DNA of 64,000 nt from a virus: IMG/VR virus record IMGVR_UViG_3300045988_131721, positions 1-64,000 of that record; one strand, written 5' to 3'. The position numbers were made by a program, and so were the translations under genes. This document shows, piece by piece, positions 8,732 to 17,407 of this stretch (positions are counted from its first letter, which is position 1; each line of letters begins with the position of its first letter). A model generated the notes under the pieces. It made no database searches, was not told the DNA's origin, and worked only from the letters and a program-made list of their open reading frames with translations.

Positions 8732-8845
8732 TATAATATAAGTATTAGACAAGGGAGAACGCCCAATCGTTCATTAAGTAATAAAAATATAATTTACGGG
8801 ATTAGCTACTCATTAGCTAAAAATAATTAATTAGGAGGAGTAAAA

Positions 8846-9265
8846 ATGAAGGATAAAAAATTAGATTTTTCAAATATGGATATAGAAGAAATATTAAACT
8901 TAGATTTCGACATGGTAGCACCTACAGAACCAGTAACAGAACCAGTGGTTGAATATTTGACAGACATAGAAGAAATAGAAAACAAAATTACAGAAGTCGA
9001 CAGAACAAAAGTCTTAAATTCCAAAGTTCCTTATACAGAATATTTTGAGTCAGAAGAGGAGTTAATAGAAACTTTGAAATTAATTGTTCCAGAAAATGTT
9101 GGGCAACATATAAATGGATTCGCATTCGTTAAAGGATTTTCCAAAACAGTAAGAAACGGAAGAGAACTTTCAAAAAAACAAGTAACACAATGTAAAAGAA
9201 TAGCTAGTCAGATAAAACTTGCATACTTGGAAGAATGCAAAAGACAATTAGGGTATATATTATAA
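8846..9265 (+). CDS. Hypothetical acidic protein (first gene of the plus-strand arm)
   Basis: 139 aa. SD taggagg. N-terminal half very rich in D and E. Confidence 0.7.
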   Translation: MKDKKLDFSNMDIEEILNLDFDMVAPTEPVTEPVVEYLTDIEEIENKITEVDRTKVLNSKVPYTEYFESEEELIETLKLIVPENVGQHINGFAFVKGFSKTVRNGRELSKKQVTQCKRIASQIKLAYLEECKRQLGYIL

Positions 9266-9341
9266 ATATTAAAGAGTTCTAAAGGGTTAACCTCTTAAAA
9301 GCCCTTCTAGTAATAAAATAATAAATTAGGAGGTTTTAAAA

Positions 9342-9776
9342 ATGAAAAAAATAACAGGTGCTAAAATAGATGGAAAAATAGTAAAAGTAATAGAATCAAA
9401 ACCATATGAAGAAGGAAAAATTGAAGTATTTTTCATGTATAACGGTATAACAAGATGTGGAGCAATAGTTTCAGAAGAAGACTTAATAACAGAAAAATTA
9501 ACAGAAATAGAAATAAAAGCTAAAGAATTAATAAATTTAATAAATGAAGAAGTAAATGCTGAAATAGATGTAGATGATTATGACGAATATACATATATAT
9601 ACATAGATGGAAATAATTATATAGTGAATGTACTTATAGATAATGAGGGATATTTATTAGATACGTATAACAAAAACATGGCTGATAAATATAATGATGA
9701 CGAAAATAAATATAAGAATAGAGTAACAAGAAAGACAAGTAAAGGAGTTATAAATTATATAAAAAGATTCATTTAA
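9342..9776 (+). CDS. Hypothetical acidic protein
   Basis: 144 aa. SD taggagg. Confidence 0.7.
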   Translation: MKKITGAKIDGKIVKVIESKPYEEGKIEVFFMYNGITRCGAIVSEEDLITEKLTEIEIKAKELINLINEEVNAEIDVDDYDEYTYIYIDGNNYIVNVLIDNEGYLLDTYNKNMADKYNDDENKYKNRVTRKTSKGVINYIKRFI

Positions 9777-9813
9777 TAATTAATAAAAATAATTAATAAA
9801 AATAATTAATAAA
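9775..9813 (+). repeat. Three overlapping tandem copies of the junction motif (about 12-nt period)
   Basis: Reads aataattaataaaaataattaataaaaataattaataaa, sitting between the stop of 9342-9776 and the SD of 9828. Confidence 0.95.
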
Positions 9814-9827
9814 CAGGGGGATTTAAA

Positions 9828-10271
9828 ATGCTAAAGGGAGAAATAAGAAAAGGGACAGTTCGCAAGACAGAAGGACAAGAAAAGAAATATGTAAAACAGT
9901 TCAAAGGCGACGACTATCAAAGATGTATAATCGCAATAAACAACATGCTACATCAACGTATATATGCAAGCCATCACTTAAGAAAAAAATCAACAGTTAG
10001 CTACAATATGAAGGTTATTTGCTCAATGTTAAAAGATGGAGCATACGATATCATAGAGTATAATTACACTAGAGGGAATGGAAGAATATTATTAGAAAGT
10101 TGGGAAACATTTCCAGTAGATATTGACGGAAAAACAGTTAATTGTGTCATGAAGGTTGTCGTTGAACCAAAAACACAAAAAATTATAACAGTATGGTATA
10201 ATAGCGTTGACGACACTCATACAAGTTTAAATATGAAAAGATATAACAAGGACTTAGAAATTGTGTTCTAG
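9828..10271 (+). CDS. Hypothetical protein (weak resemblance to DUF4258/RelE-like small toxin folds)
   Basis: 147 aa. SD aggggga. The H..LRKK...II.Y....R.L...VV.....II.V.Y pattern is only suggestive. Confidence 0.55.
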   Translation: MLKGEIRKGTVRKTEGQEKKYVKQFKGDDYQRCIIAINNMLHQRIYASHHLRKKSTVSYNMKVICSMLKDGAYDIIEYNYTRGNGRILLESWETFPVDIDGKTVNCVMKVVVEPKTQKIITVWYNSVDDTHTSLNMKRYNKDLEIVF

Positions 10272-10324
10272 TCCTTCCAGCTCAATGCTATCATTTATGA
10301 TAATGAAAACAATTAATAAAATTG

Positions 10325-10353
10325 TTGACAAATATTAAATGATAGTATATAAT
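10325..10353 (+). promoter_or_regulatory. Sigma-A-type promoter
   Basis: TTGACA at 10325-10330, 17-nt spacer, TATAAT at 10348-10353. Preceded by the motif variant acaattaataaa. Confidence 0.65.
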
Positions 10354-10388
10354 ATCGATATAAAATAAATTGATAGGAGTGATGAGTT

Positions 10389-10535
10389 ATGAAGAAAGTA
10401 TATTATAGCTTATATTTAGTAACAGAAGAAAGCGAAGAATTTTTAGCAAAAGTAAAGTCAAAAGGTCTTGCAATAAGAACTAAAATGTTATATAACAAAA
10501 TATATGAAGGCAAAGGAAAAATAATTATTAAATAG
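10389..10535 (+). CDS. Hypothetical 48 aa protein
   Basis: SD taggagtga upstream. Not in the supplied track because it is under 60 aa. Confidence 0.5.
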   Translation: MKKVYYSLYLVTEESEEFLAKVKSKGLAIRTKMLYNKIYEGKGKIIIK

Positions 10536-10607
10536 AGGATTTTAAGCCCTCTAGCTCAAGCTATCGAATGATAGCAAATTATATTAATAAAAAGGAGATA
10601 TAAGATT

Positions 10608-10772
10608 ATGAAAAATAAAATGTTATTTGTATTAGTGTTAGTATTAGGAATTGTTATATTTAAAAATCAAATATCCATAGCATTGATGTATGCAGTTGAC
10701 TGTATAGGTTATGCATTCAACATTAATGTGGTTGATATTATTGATTTGCTTAATACAATATACTATTTATAG
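10608..10772 (+). CDS. Small hydrophobic (membrane) protein, 54 aa
   Basis: SD aaaggag. MKNKMLFVLVLVLGIVIF is an N-terminal TM segment. Confidence 0.55.
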   Translation: MKNKMLFVLVLVLGIVIFKNQISIALMYAVDCIGYAFNINVVDIIDLLNTIYYL

Positions 10773-10858
10773 TATTAAGCAATGATGGCAAAAATAATTA
10801 ATAAAATTGTTGGCAAATCTCAAATGATAGTAAATTATATTAAATAGGAGTGGTAAAT

Positions 10859-11089
10859 ATGAAAATACAAAAATTTGATGGAAGAGTTATTGAAGTAAGT
10901 GACAGTACAGAAACTTATGAATGGACTTCTGGAGAACAAGAATATTCATTAGTATATGACAATGAAGGCGACTTGCTTGGTATAGATATAGACGGCATAA
11001 AACAAAAAATACTAGATGATATAGTAGATAGACCATACTCTTATGACTTCCCTTCTACAATTGACGAATATAACAAGGGCTTATTTTAA
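10859..11089 (+). CDS. Hypothetical acidic protein
   Basis: Start moved to the ATG 9 nt after the SD taggagtgg. 76 aa. Confidence 0.65.
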   Translation: MKIQKFDGRVIEVSDSTETYEWTSGEQEYSLVYDNEGDLLGIDIDGIKQKILDDIVDRPYSYDFPSTIDEYNKGLF

Positions 11090-11147
11090 GCCCTTTGCTC
11101 AAAAGCTATCAAATGATAGTAAATTATATTAAATAGGAGTGGTAAAT

Positions 11148-11681
11148 ATGAATAAAAAAACATTATGGATTATATTAGGTATAACAAGTAATGCTATATT
11201 TCTAATAGGATTATTATTAATAATAGTATCATTTAAATATGATACTTATAAAGAATATGCATATACAGAAACGACTAGCATAAATATACAAAAAGATGAC
11301 AAAATAACAGCTAATGAACGTCCTCTTGATGATAGTCAAGAGCATGACAATAGAGTTAATAAAGATAATAAAGATTATGCTACTAATAACACTAATGATT
11401 ATGTTATAAAAACAACTACAAAAAAATCTACATACAATAATAATAGCAAAAACAATAGTAATGATAATAAAAACTATAGTAACACTAATACTAATAATAG
11501 TAATAATAAGAATGATAGCAATAATAGTAATACTAATAATACTAATAATAGTAATAACAATAATAACTATACAGTTGAATATACAAATACCAGTTATTGT
11601 GGTTTTTGTGGTAAACAATTAACTAATAATAATGGTATTTGTGAAGAATGTAGAGAAATAAGAAGTAAATTAGGAGAATAA
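11148..11681 (+). CDS. Membrane-anchored Asn-rich protein with a C-terminal zinc ribbon
   Basis: N-terminal TM (LWIILGITSNAIFLIGLLLIIV), a long poly-N/S/T tract, and C-terminal CGFCGK...CEEC. Confidence 0.65.
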   Translation: MNKKTLWIILGITSNAIFLIGLLLIIVSFKYDTYKEYAYTETTSINIQKDDKITANERPLDDSQEHDNRVNKDNKDYATNNTNDYVIKTTTKKSTYNNNSKNNSNDNKNYSNTNTNNSNNKNDSNNSNTNNTNNSNNNNNYTVEYTNTSYCGFCGKQLTNNNGICEECREIRSKLGE

Positions 11682-11753
11682 TTTTTCTCCTTTGCTCAAG
11701 ACTATTATAAATGATAATAAAAAATAATTAATAAAATTTTAGGAGGTTTTAAA

Positions 11754-11990
11754 ATGAACAACGATTTAATGAGATTAAGAAGTTTAATAGGGAGCGAATT
11801 AGATTATAATGACGTAATTCGTGAAATGATAGATAAAGACGAAGAGGTAATAATCGACAACGTAAATCGTAGTAGCAACTTTGAAGAATATGGACTTTGC
11901 AATTTGTATCTAGTATATTACAACGACCCAATAAGCAGGGCATATGGTATATGGGTTGATGCTAATAATATAATCCGTGTAATATCATAA
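11754..11990 (+). CDS. Hypothetical protein
   Basis: 78 aa. SD taggagg directly after a 15-mer copy. Confidence 0.65.
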   Translation: MNNDLMRLRSLIGSELDYNDVIREMIDKDEEVIIDNVNRSSNFEEYGLCNLYLVYYNDPISRAYGIWVDANNIIRVIS

Positions 11991-12062
11991 GGGCGTTTAA
12001 GCCCTGGTTCTTAGTCATCAAAATGATGACAGTATATATTAATATTTTGGAGGTAATAATAT

Positions 12063-12293
12063 ATGCGTATAGAAGGTTATATATTGGACTGTGATAATAA
12101 TAACTTAGCTAATAGCGTATTAGAATATTTAAAAAGAAAAACAAATAATTTAACTTATGAATATGAAGAGGATATTTACAGTTTATTTGTAAAAGGTGAT
12201 ATAGTATCAGATGATACAGAAATATATATTAACAATTTTATAGATTTTTTAGAAAATAATAATATGTGTTTTTTGGGTATGTTTAGGGAGTAA
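12063..12293 (+). CDS. Hypothetical acidic protein
   Basis: 76 aa. SD ttggagg. Confidence 0.65.
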   Translation: MRIEGYILDCDNNNLANSVLEYLKRKTNNLTYEYEEDIYSLFVKGDIVSDDTEIYINNFIDFLENNNMCFLGMFRE

Positions 12294-12348
12294 TTCCCAA
12301 GTTCTAAATTGTCTAAAATGATACTAAAATACATTAATAAATATTTAT

Positions 12349-12376
12349 AGACTGGAATTTTATCCAGTCTTTTTTA
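12349..12376 (+). terminator. Rho-independent terminator
   Basis: AGACTGGA atttta TCCAGTCT followed by ttttt. Confidence 0.8.
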
Positions 12377-12818
12377 TTGTCTATAAAATGATAATGATTT
12401 TCATTAACATTAAATATCAACTCCAGAAGTTATTTTTATAAAAGCTCAATAAAATTGACCTCTTAAACGCCCTTCTAAGGCGTTTTAAAATGATTAAGGT
12501 ATAAATACCTTATGGGATATTAAATTCCTTTATAATGGATTATATAGGATATTTTATATTTTTATCTATAATTGATAATACTTTTCATTTATATATTTAT
12601 TCTCATTTAAAAATGATACTAAAATATATTAATTTATGAATTGATAATAAATATCAAATAAAATTATTTGTTATTGAGAATAATAATCATAACTATAAAA
12701 ATTAATTTATATATAAAATAATATATTTTTAAAAAGTTTATATTTATTATTGATTTATAGAATTGAATATGATACTATATAACCATAGTAATAAATAAGA
12801 AGTTTTAAAAAGATAGTA

Positions 12819-12878
12819 AAAATAATTAATAAAATTAATAAAAAAGCTCTTGACAACGATAGTTAAATCATATATAAT
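12819..12878 (+). promoter_or_regulatory. 15-mer motif plus a consensus sigma-A promoter
   Basis: Motif at 12819-12833, TTGACA at 12850-12855, 17-nt spacer, TATAAT at 12873-12878. Confidence 0.75.
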
Positions 12879-12910
12879 AATATTAGATAATTAAATAAGG
12901 AGTTGATATT

Positions 12911-13423
12911 ATGTTAAGTTTACAAAAAGCAAATAAAATATTGGAATTAGTTAAATCAGAAGGTATAAAGCTAGATAATATAAAATTAATAAAAGATGAT
13001 AAATTTTCATATAGTACAAATGGTGTGATAACAATTCAAAATTGTAATTTTAACATAAATTCTAAATGGTATGAATTTATGATTGAATACTTAGAAAAAG
13101 AATATAATTTAGACTCTAATGTTTATATGTTTTATGACTTTTTAGAAACATTTTCATTTTTACATGAGGTAGGGCACGCAACACAAGGATTAAAGAATAA
13201 TGAAAAATATGATGATGAATACTTTTTATATAAAAATACAATATATAAAAGTTATGAAGAAGCTTACAAAACTTATAGAAATTTGACACTAGAAAAACAA
13301 GCTGATAAATTTGCGGTATCATTCATTAAAAATCATAAACTTGAAATCTGGGCAATAATGAATGATATAAGTGTAAAAGAGGCTGAAGAAGAGTCTCAAT
13401 TTTGGGAAACAAATTTATATTAA
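12911..13423 (+). CDS. Putative zinc metallopeptidase-like protein
   Basis: 170 aa with an HEVGH (HExxH) motif. SD aaggag. Confidence 0.5.
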   Translation: MLSLQKANKILELVKSEGIKLDNIKLIKDDKFSYSTNGVITIQNCNFNINSKWYEFMIEYLEKEYNLDSNVYMFYDFLETFSFLHEVGHATQGLKNNEKYDDEYFLYKNTIYKSYEEAYKTYRNLTLEKQADKFAVSFIKNHKLEIWAIMNDISVKEAEEESQFWETNLY

Positions 13424-13455
13424 TCCTAATAGCTCAAGCTATTAGGATGATATTA

Positions 13456-13507
13456 AAAATAATTAATAAAAAAGCTCTTGACAAAATAAAATGATGTGTG
13501 ATATAAT
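13456..13507 (+). promoter_or_regulatory. 15-mer motif plus an extended -10 sigma-A promoter
   Basis: Motif at 13456-13470, TTGACA at 13478-13483, TGaTATAAT ending at 13507. Confidence 0.75.
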
Positions 13508-13542
13508 ATAAAGTATAATAATAAATAAAAGGGGTTGATAAT

Positions 13543-13818
13543 ATGAAAACAAATAAACAAAGAATTGAAGAAAAATTAAATAAAGAAGGTTTTACAATAG
13601 GTTGTTATGACAGTAATATAGATAAATTAAATTATAACAACGTAAAGAAAATATTAGACAACTTATGTTTTGGAGCTACTGATATACAAGTATCTTTAAA
13701 TAGAAAAAAATATATAATAGAAATAAGTGATGTAGATAACGAATATGATTTTAAGATGACTGCTAAAAGCACTTATCTAGACAAATATGGAGATGATGAA
13801 TATTATGAAAAATGGTAA
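13543..13818 (+). CDS. Hypothetical protein
   Basis: 91 aa. SD aaagggg. Confidence 0.65.
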   Translation: MKTNKQRIEEKLNKEGFTIGCYDSNIDKLNYNNVKKILDNLCFGATDIQVSLNRKKYIIEISDVDNEYDFKMTAKSTYLDKYGDDEYYEKW

Positions 13819-13861
13819 AGGGAGTTAATCCCTTCCAGCTCATAAAAATAATTAATAAGAT

Positions 13862-13896
13862 AACACTTGACTTTTATATAAGTTGAGTGTTATAAT
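13862..13896 (+). promoter_or_regulatory. Sigma-A promoter embedded in an imperfect inverted repeat (operator-like)
   Basis: TTGACT at 13867-13872 and TGtTATAAT ending at 13896. IR arms AACACTTGACTT (13862-13873) and AAGTTGAGTGTT (13880-13891) match at 10 of 12 positions. Confidence 0.55.
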
Positions 13897-13929
13897 ATAA
13901 GTGAGATAATTGAAAGGGGATAAATGATA

Positions 13930-14418
13930 ATGAATAATATTAAAAAATTCTTAAATCTATTAAATGATGAAACAATAGAAGGTAAGATAATAGACTGTTA
14001 TTGTACGATTCATAAGCAAGCATGGTATGATGGAAAGATAAAAACTAAAATAGTACTAGATTTAAATGGAGTAATAACAGCTACAAATGAAGTAAAAGAT
14101 AATCAATTACTAATAATAGAACTCAATGAGTATGTAGAAGTGCCAGAAATAGAATTTGGTGATATAGAATTACAAGATGATTATCAAGAATTTGTAGATT
14201 ATCTAATGGAAGAATGTGAAGAAATATTTGAAAGTAATATAGATAAACAACAGTATATTTGGGATAATGCGACATGGAGTGAATATAAGGATTTCAATGA
14301 ATTAGGTTATGAAGATGAGGAATTATGCACTTGGAATTATATTTGTGATATGGAAGACTCAAATTTCATATATAATGTTATCTCAGAATTAATAAGTAGA
14401 CTAGAAATGATGATATAA
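13930..14418 (+). CDS. Highly acidic protein (paralog of 14567-15091)
   Basis: Shared FLNLL..E.I...I...YC..HK..W.DG pattern. The second ATG was chosen for SD spacing; 13924 is also possible. Confidence 0.65.
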   Translation: MNNIKKFLNLLNDETIEGKIIDCYCTIHKQAWYDGKIKTKIVLDLNGVITATNEVKDNQLLIIELNEYVEVPEIEFGDIELQDDYQEFVDYLMEECEEIFESNIDKQQYIWDNATWSEYKDFNELGYEDEELCTWNYICDMEDSNFIYNVISELISRLEMMI

Positions 14419-14566
14419 GTTATTATTATATGGTAGTATGGAAAAATCTATACTACCATATATAAAATGATAATAAAAATAATTAATAAAATTATTAAAA
14501 AGTTATTGTAATTTAAAATTAAATATGTTATACTTTAAGTATAATAAAAATAAAGGGGTGGTAAAT

Positions 14567-15091
14567 ATGAAAAAATCTGAAAGATTCTTAAATTTATTAA
14601 GAGAAGAAAAGATACAAGAAGAGATTAAAGAGTTATATTGCGAACTCCATAAAAACCTTTGGACTGACGGTTATGTAAAACATGACATAATCTTATCTAA
14701 AGATGGCACAGTAGATTATACAACTTATATTGGTAATGAAACACGAATGGACGTATACAATGGGGATAGCATAGTTATAATAACAATAAATGAATATCCA
14801 GATGTACCAGATGAAGATTTAGGAGAATTAGTAGAAGTCTGGAATTATGACGAATACATTGAATGGTTACATGATGAAGTTATAGATGAATATGATTGTG
14901 AAACAGAAGAAGAAATACAAGAATATGCAGAAGACTATTATGATGATTGGCAAAAATATTCAGAATTCGATTATGAAACATATCAAGAATGTCAATTGGA
15001 AGTCTGGGAATCTCTGTGTGAACAATACGATTTAGAAGTAATAGAATACAAAATATATGCAGTCATGGAAAACTTAGAAGACATCATATAA
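14567..15091 (+). CDS. Highly acidic protein (paralog of 13930-14418)
   Basis: Start moved to the ATG after SD aaaggggtgg. The C-terminal half is very rich in D, E and Y. Confidence 0.65.
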   Translation: MKKSERFLNLLREEKIQEEIKELYCELHKNLWTDGYVKHDIILSKDGTVDYTTYIGNETRMDVYNGDSIVIITINEYPDVPDEDLGELVEVWNYDEYIEWLHDEVIDEYDCETEEEIQEYAEDYYDDWQKYSEFDYETYQECQLEVWESLCEQYDLEVIEYKIYAVMENLEDII

Positions 15092-15183
15092 TATTTCAAT
15101 TAAGAAATAATTAATAAGAGGATTAATTAATCCTCTTAAGCTCTTGGCAATGATAGTAAAATATATTAATTGGAGGTGTTACT

Positions 15184-15753
15184 ATGTGGGATGAAAATAA
15201 AATAAGAGATTATATGTTAGAAGTTACTAATAAGATGACTGCTAGAGATAAGGAAATAGTGTTAAAATATGTAGAAACATTGCCTATAAAAATAGATGGT
15301 AGATTGACTAAAAATATGGCTTATGTATCGATGAGTATAGATATTGAAACAAAAGAGGTAATTAATGCTGTGCAATTCAAATTCAGTAAAAGATTATTCT
15401 ATTATAATGATGATGAAATTAAACATGTTATAGGACATGAATTAATGCATTTACTTGTTAATTTAAAATATAAAAAAGATATGGAACATAATAAAATATG
15501 GAAAATTTATTGTAATAAATATGGTATTCCAGATAATCAGTATTTTGAAAATGATATTGATATTGAAAAGGATGCTTATAGATATCATGTATATTGTAAG
15601 CTATGTGGCAAATATCTAGGAGGATATTCAAGACTATCACAAAATCAAGTGATGAAATTAATATATATGAGTAAACATGGAACTGATGACGGAAATATAA
15701 GAATATATGATAACAAATTAGGCAAAGATATTGAATTTAAGTTTTCTTTATAA
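15184..15753 (+). CDS. SprT-like zinc metalloprotease domain protein
   Basis: HVIGHELMHLL (HExxH) followed by a C..C zinc-ribbon-like YCKLCGKY. Paralog of 16796-17407. Confidence 0.65.
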   Translation: MWDENKIRDYMLEVTNKMTARDKEIVLKYVETLPIKIDGRLTKNMAYVSMSIDIETKEVINAVQFKFSKRLFYYNDDEIKHVIGHELMHLLVNLKYKKDMEHNKIWKIYCNKYGIPDNQYFENDIDIEKDAYRYHVYCKLCGKYLGGYSRLSQNQVMKLIYMSKHGTDDGNIRIYDNKLGKDIEFKFSL

Positions 15754-15760
15754 TTAGTTG

Positions 15761-15809
15761 AAAATAATTAATAAAACTATTGACAAATGATAACTAAATA
15801 TGATATTGT
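15761..15809 (+). promoter_or_regulatory. 15-mer motif plus a sigma-A-type promoter
   Basis: Motif at 15761-15775, TTGACA at 15780-15785, TGaTATTGT ending at 15809. Confidence 0.6.
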
Positions 15810-15833
15810 TTATATAAGGAGATGATAATTATT

Positions 15834-16133
15834 ATGGATAAAAACGTATGTATAAATTGTGATTATAATAAGATGTGGGGAGGTAATTGCGAATATGAAC
15901 AAGAGGAAAAATGTATCTATGCTACAGCAAGATTTTTGACTCATGATGATAGAATAAATATAGAAAAAAAATTAATTATGATACAATATCTATTAGATGA
16001 TATAGTAGATATTGATAAAGAAAATACAATGGAAGATTTAACTGATGGTCTTTCAGAGATATTGCATAACATGAGATACGAAGTCAAATATAGAATTAGG
16101 GATTTTGAATATATGAAGAAAGACAACAATTAA
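15834..16133 (+). CDS. Hypothetical Cys-containing protein
   Basis: Start moved to the ATG after SD aaggag. N-terminal C..C...C......C. Confidence 0.6.
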   Translation: MDKNVCINCDYNKMWGGNCEYEQEEKCIYATARFLTHDDRINIEKKLIMIQYLLDDIVDIDKENTMEDLTDGLSEILHNMRYEVKYRIRDFEYMKKDNN

Positions 16134-16220
16134 GGAGGGTTTTAAATAACCTTCCAGCTCTTGAATGATAATAAAAATAATTAATATCAAGATAAAGATA
16201 ATTGAAAGGGAGAGGATAAT

Positions 16221-16658
16221 ATGAGTAAATATATAACATTACCTAGCACAGTAACAATGACTACTTTAGCATTAACAAAAAGTTTATTAACTAAACCAGT
16301 ATCAGCATTACCAGTAATAACATACATTACTCCAGCAACTGTTAAACCACACATAAGCAAAGTAATTTGCACTCTAAAAGCATCTAGTACTCCAGCAACA
16401 ATGTTGCCTTATCTTGTAGGTTATAAAATAGCATTGCGTGGTACTCACCACAAATACGTATGTGTGCATAGTGTCAAAATTCCTACATCTTTGTTGATAG
16501 TATCAACAACATCAACTGGTATTATTACTTATACAGGTATGAGCTACAGTGGTGGTTATTCACATTATCCAGTACATGTATTTCCATACACTAGCACAAC
16601 AACATTAACTGGTTTAATAAAGATGCTAAAAAGTGGTATGTATACATTACTACCATAA
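16221..16658 (+). CDS. Compositionally aberrant Thr/Ser/Pro/Leu-rich basic protein with no D, E, N, Q or W
   Basis: 145 aa. SD gggagagg 8 nt upstream and a hairpin gcaggt...acctgc downstream. A/T-biased third codon positions support this frame. Confidence 0.5.
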   Translation: MSKYITLPSTVTMTTLALTKSLLTKPVSALPVITYITPATVKPHISKVICTLKASSTPATMLPYLVGYKIALRGTHHKYVCVHSVKIPTSLLIVSTTSTGIITYTGMSYSGGYSHYPVHVFPYTSTTTLTGLIKMLKSGMYTLLP

Positions 16659-16706
16659 TATAAAAGGTTTGCAGGTAATCCTTTAAAACCTGCTAAAAAG
16701 ATTATC

Positions 16707-16778
16707 AAAATAATTAATAAAAATAATTAATAAATTTTTTAAAAGCTCTTGGCAATGATAGTAAAAATAATTAATAAA
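16707..16778 (+). repeat. Three junction-motif copies (two overlapping plus one) around a degenerate promoter
   Basis: Exact copies at 16707-16721, 16720-16734 and 16764-16778, with gctcttggcaatgatagtaaa between them. Confidence 0.9.
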
Positions 16779-16795
16779 TAATATTGGGGGATTGA

Positions 16796-17407
16796 ATGAT
16801 GGGGAAAAGTGTTAATAAGACCTGGACATCAGACGAAATAAGAAATTACATGAAGGATTTTGTATTAAAAATGGATAAAGATGATAGAGAAACAATTGGT
16901 GATGTAATTGATATTATTCCAATATCAATAGACGGTAGACTTAAATCAAGCATGGGCTATTTTAGTGGCAAATATAAGAGAAGTGGTGAGTTTATATCAC
17001 CAGTGAAATTTAAATTTAGTAAATGGATTAACTCATATGATAATGATACGGTTAAACATATTATCCAACATGAATTAATCCATTTATTGTCTGACAAGAA
17101 ACATGGTAGAAATACAAGTCATTATAAAGAATGGAAAGAACTTTGCTGTAAATACAAAGTGAATGATGATGAATTTTTTACACCTAATCTAGAATTAGAA
17201 AAAGATTATCACCGTTATCATATATATTGTAATGAATGTGGAAAATTAGTTGGCACTAGAGATAGATTATCAAAAGAGAAAATAATTCAATTGTTATTAT
17301 ATGGAAGACATCAAGATGATTATGGTAAATTAAGAATATATGATAATAAAGAAAAAGGATATATTAAATTAAACAATATAATGGTAAATGATGGTGAAAA
17401 TAATTAA
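16796..17407 (+). CDS. SprT-like zinc metalloprotease domain protein
   Basis: HIIQHELIHLL plus YCNECGK. Paralog of 15184-15753. Ends ...GENN with its stop inside the 15-mer. Confidence 0.65.
   Translation: MMGKSVNKTWTSDEIRNYMKDFVLKMDKDDRETIGDVIDIIPISIDGRLKSSMGYFSGKYKRSGEFISPVKFKFSKWINSYDNDTVKHIIQHELIHLLSDKKHGRNTSHYKEWKELCCKYKVNDDEFFTPNLELEKDYHRYHIYCNECGKLVGTRDRLSKEKIIQLLLYGRHQDDYGKLRIYDNKEKGYIKLNNIMVNDGENN

Noticed and set aside
11229-11618. 129-aa minus-strand ORF and AAT/AAC microsatellite-like tract
   Set aside because: This is the antisense of the Asn-rich low-complexity region of 11148-11681, which has a proper SD, a TM anchor and a C-terminal zinc ribbon. The tract is coding low complexity, not a non-coding satellite.
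16187-16372. 61-aa minus-strand ORF overlapping the start of 16221-16658
   Set aside because: It reads through the SD and promoter-proximal region of the plus-strand gene and has no SD of its own. The region has few stops in several frames because of its unusual composition.
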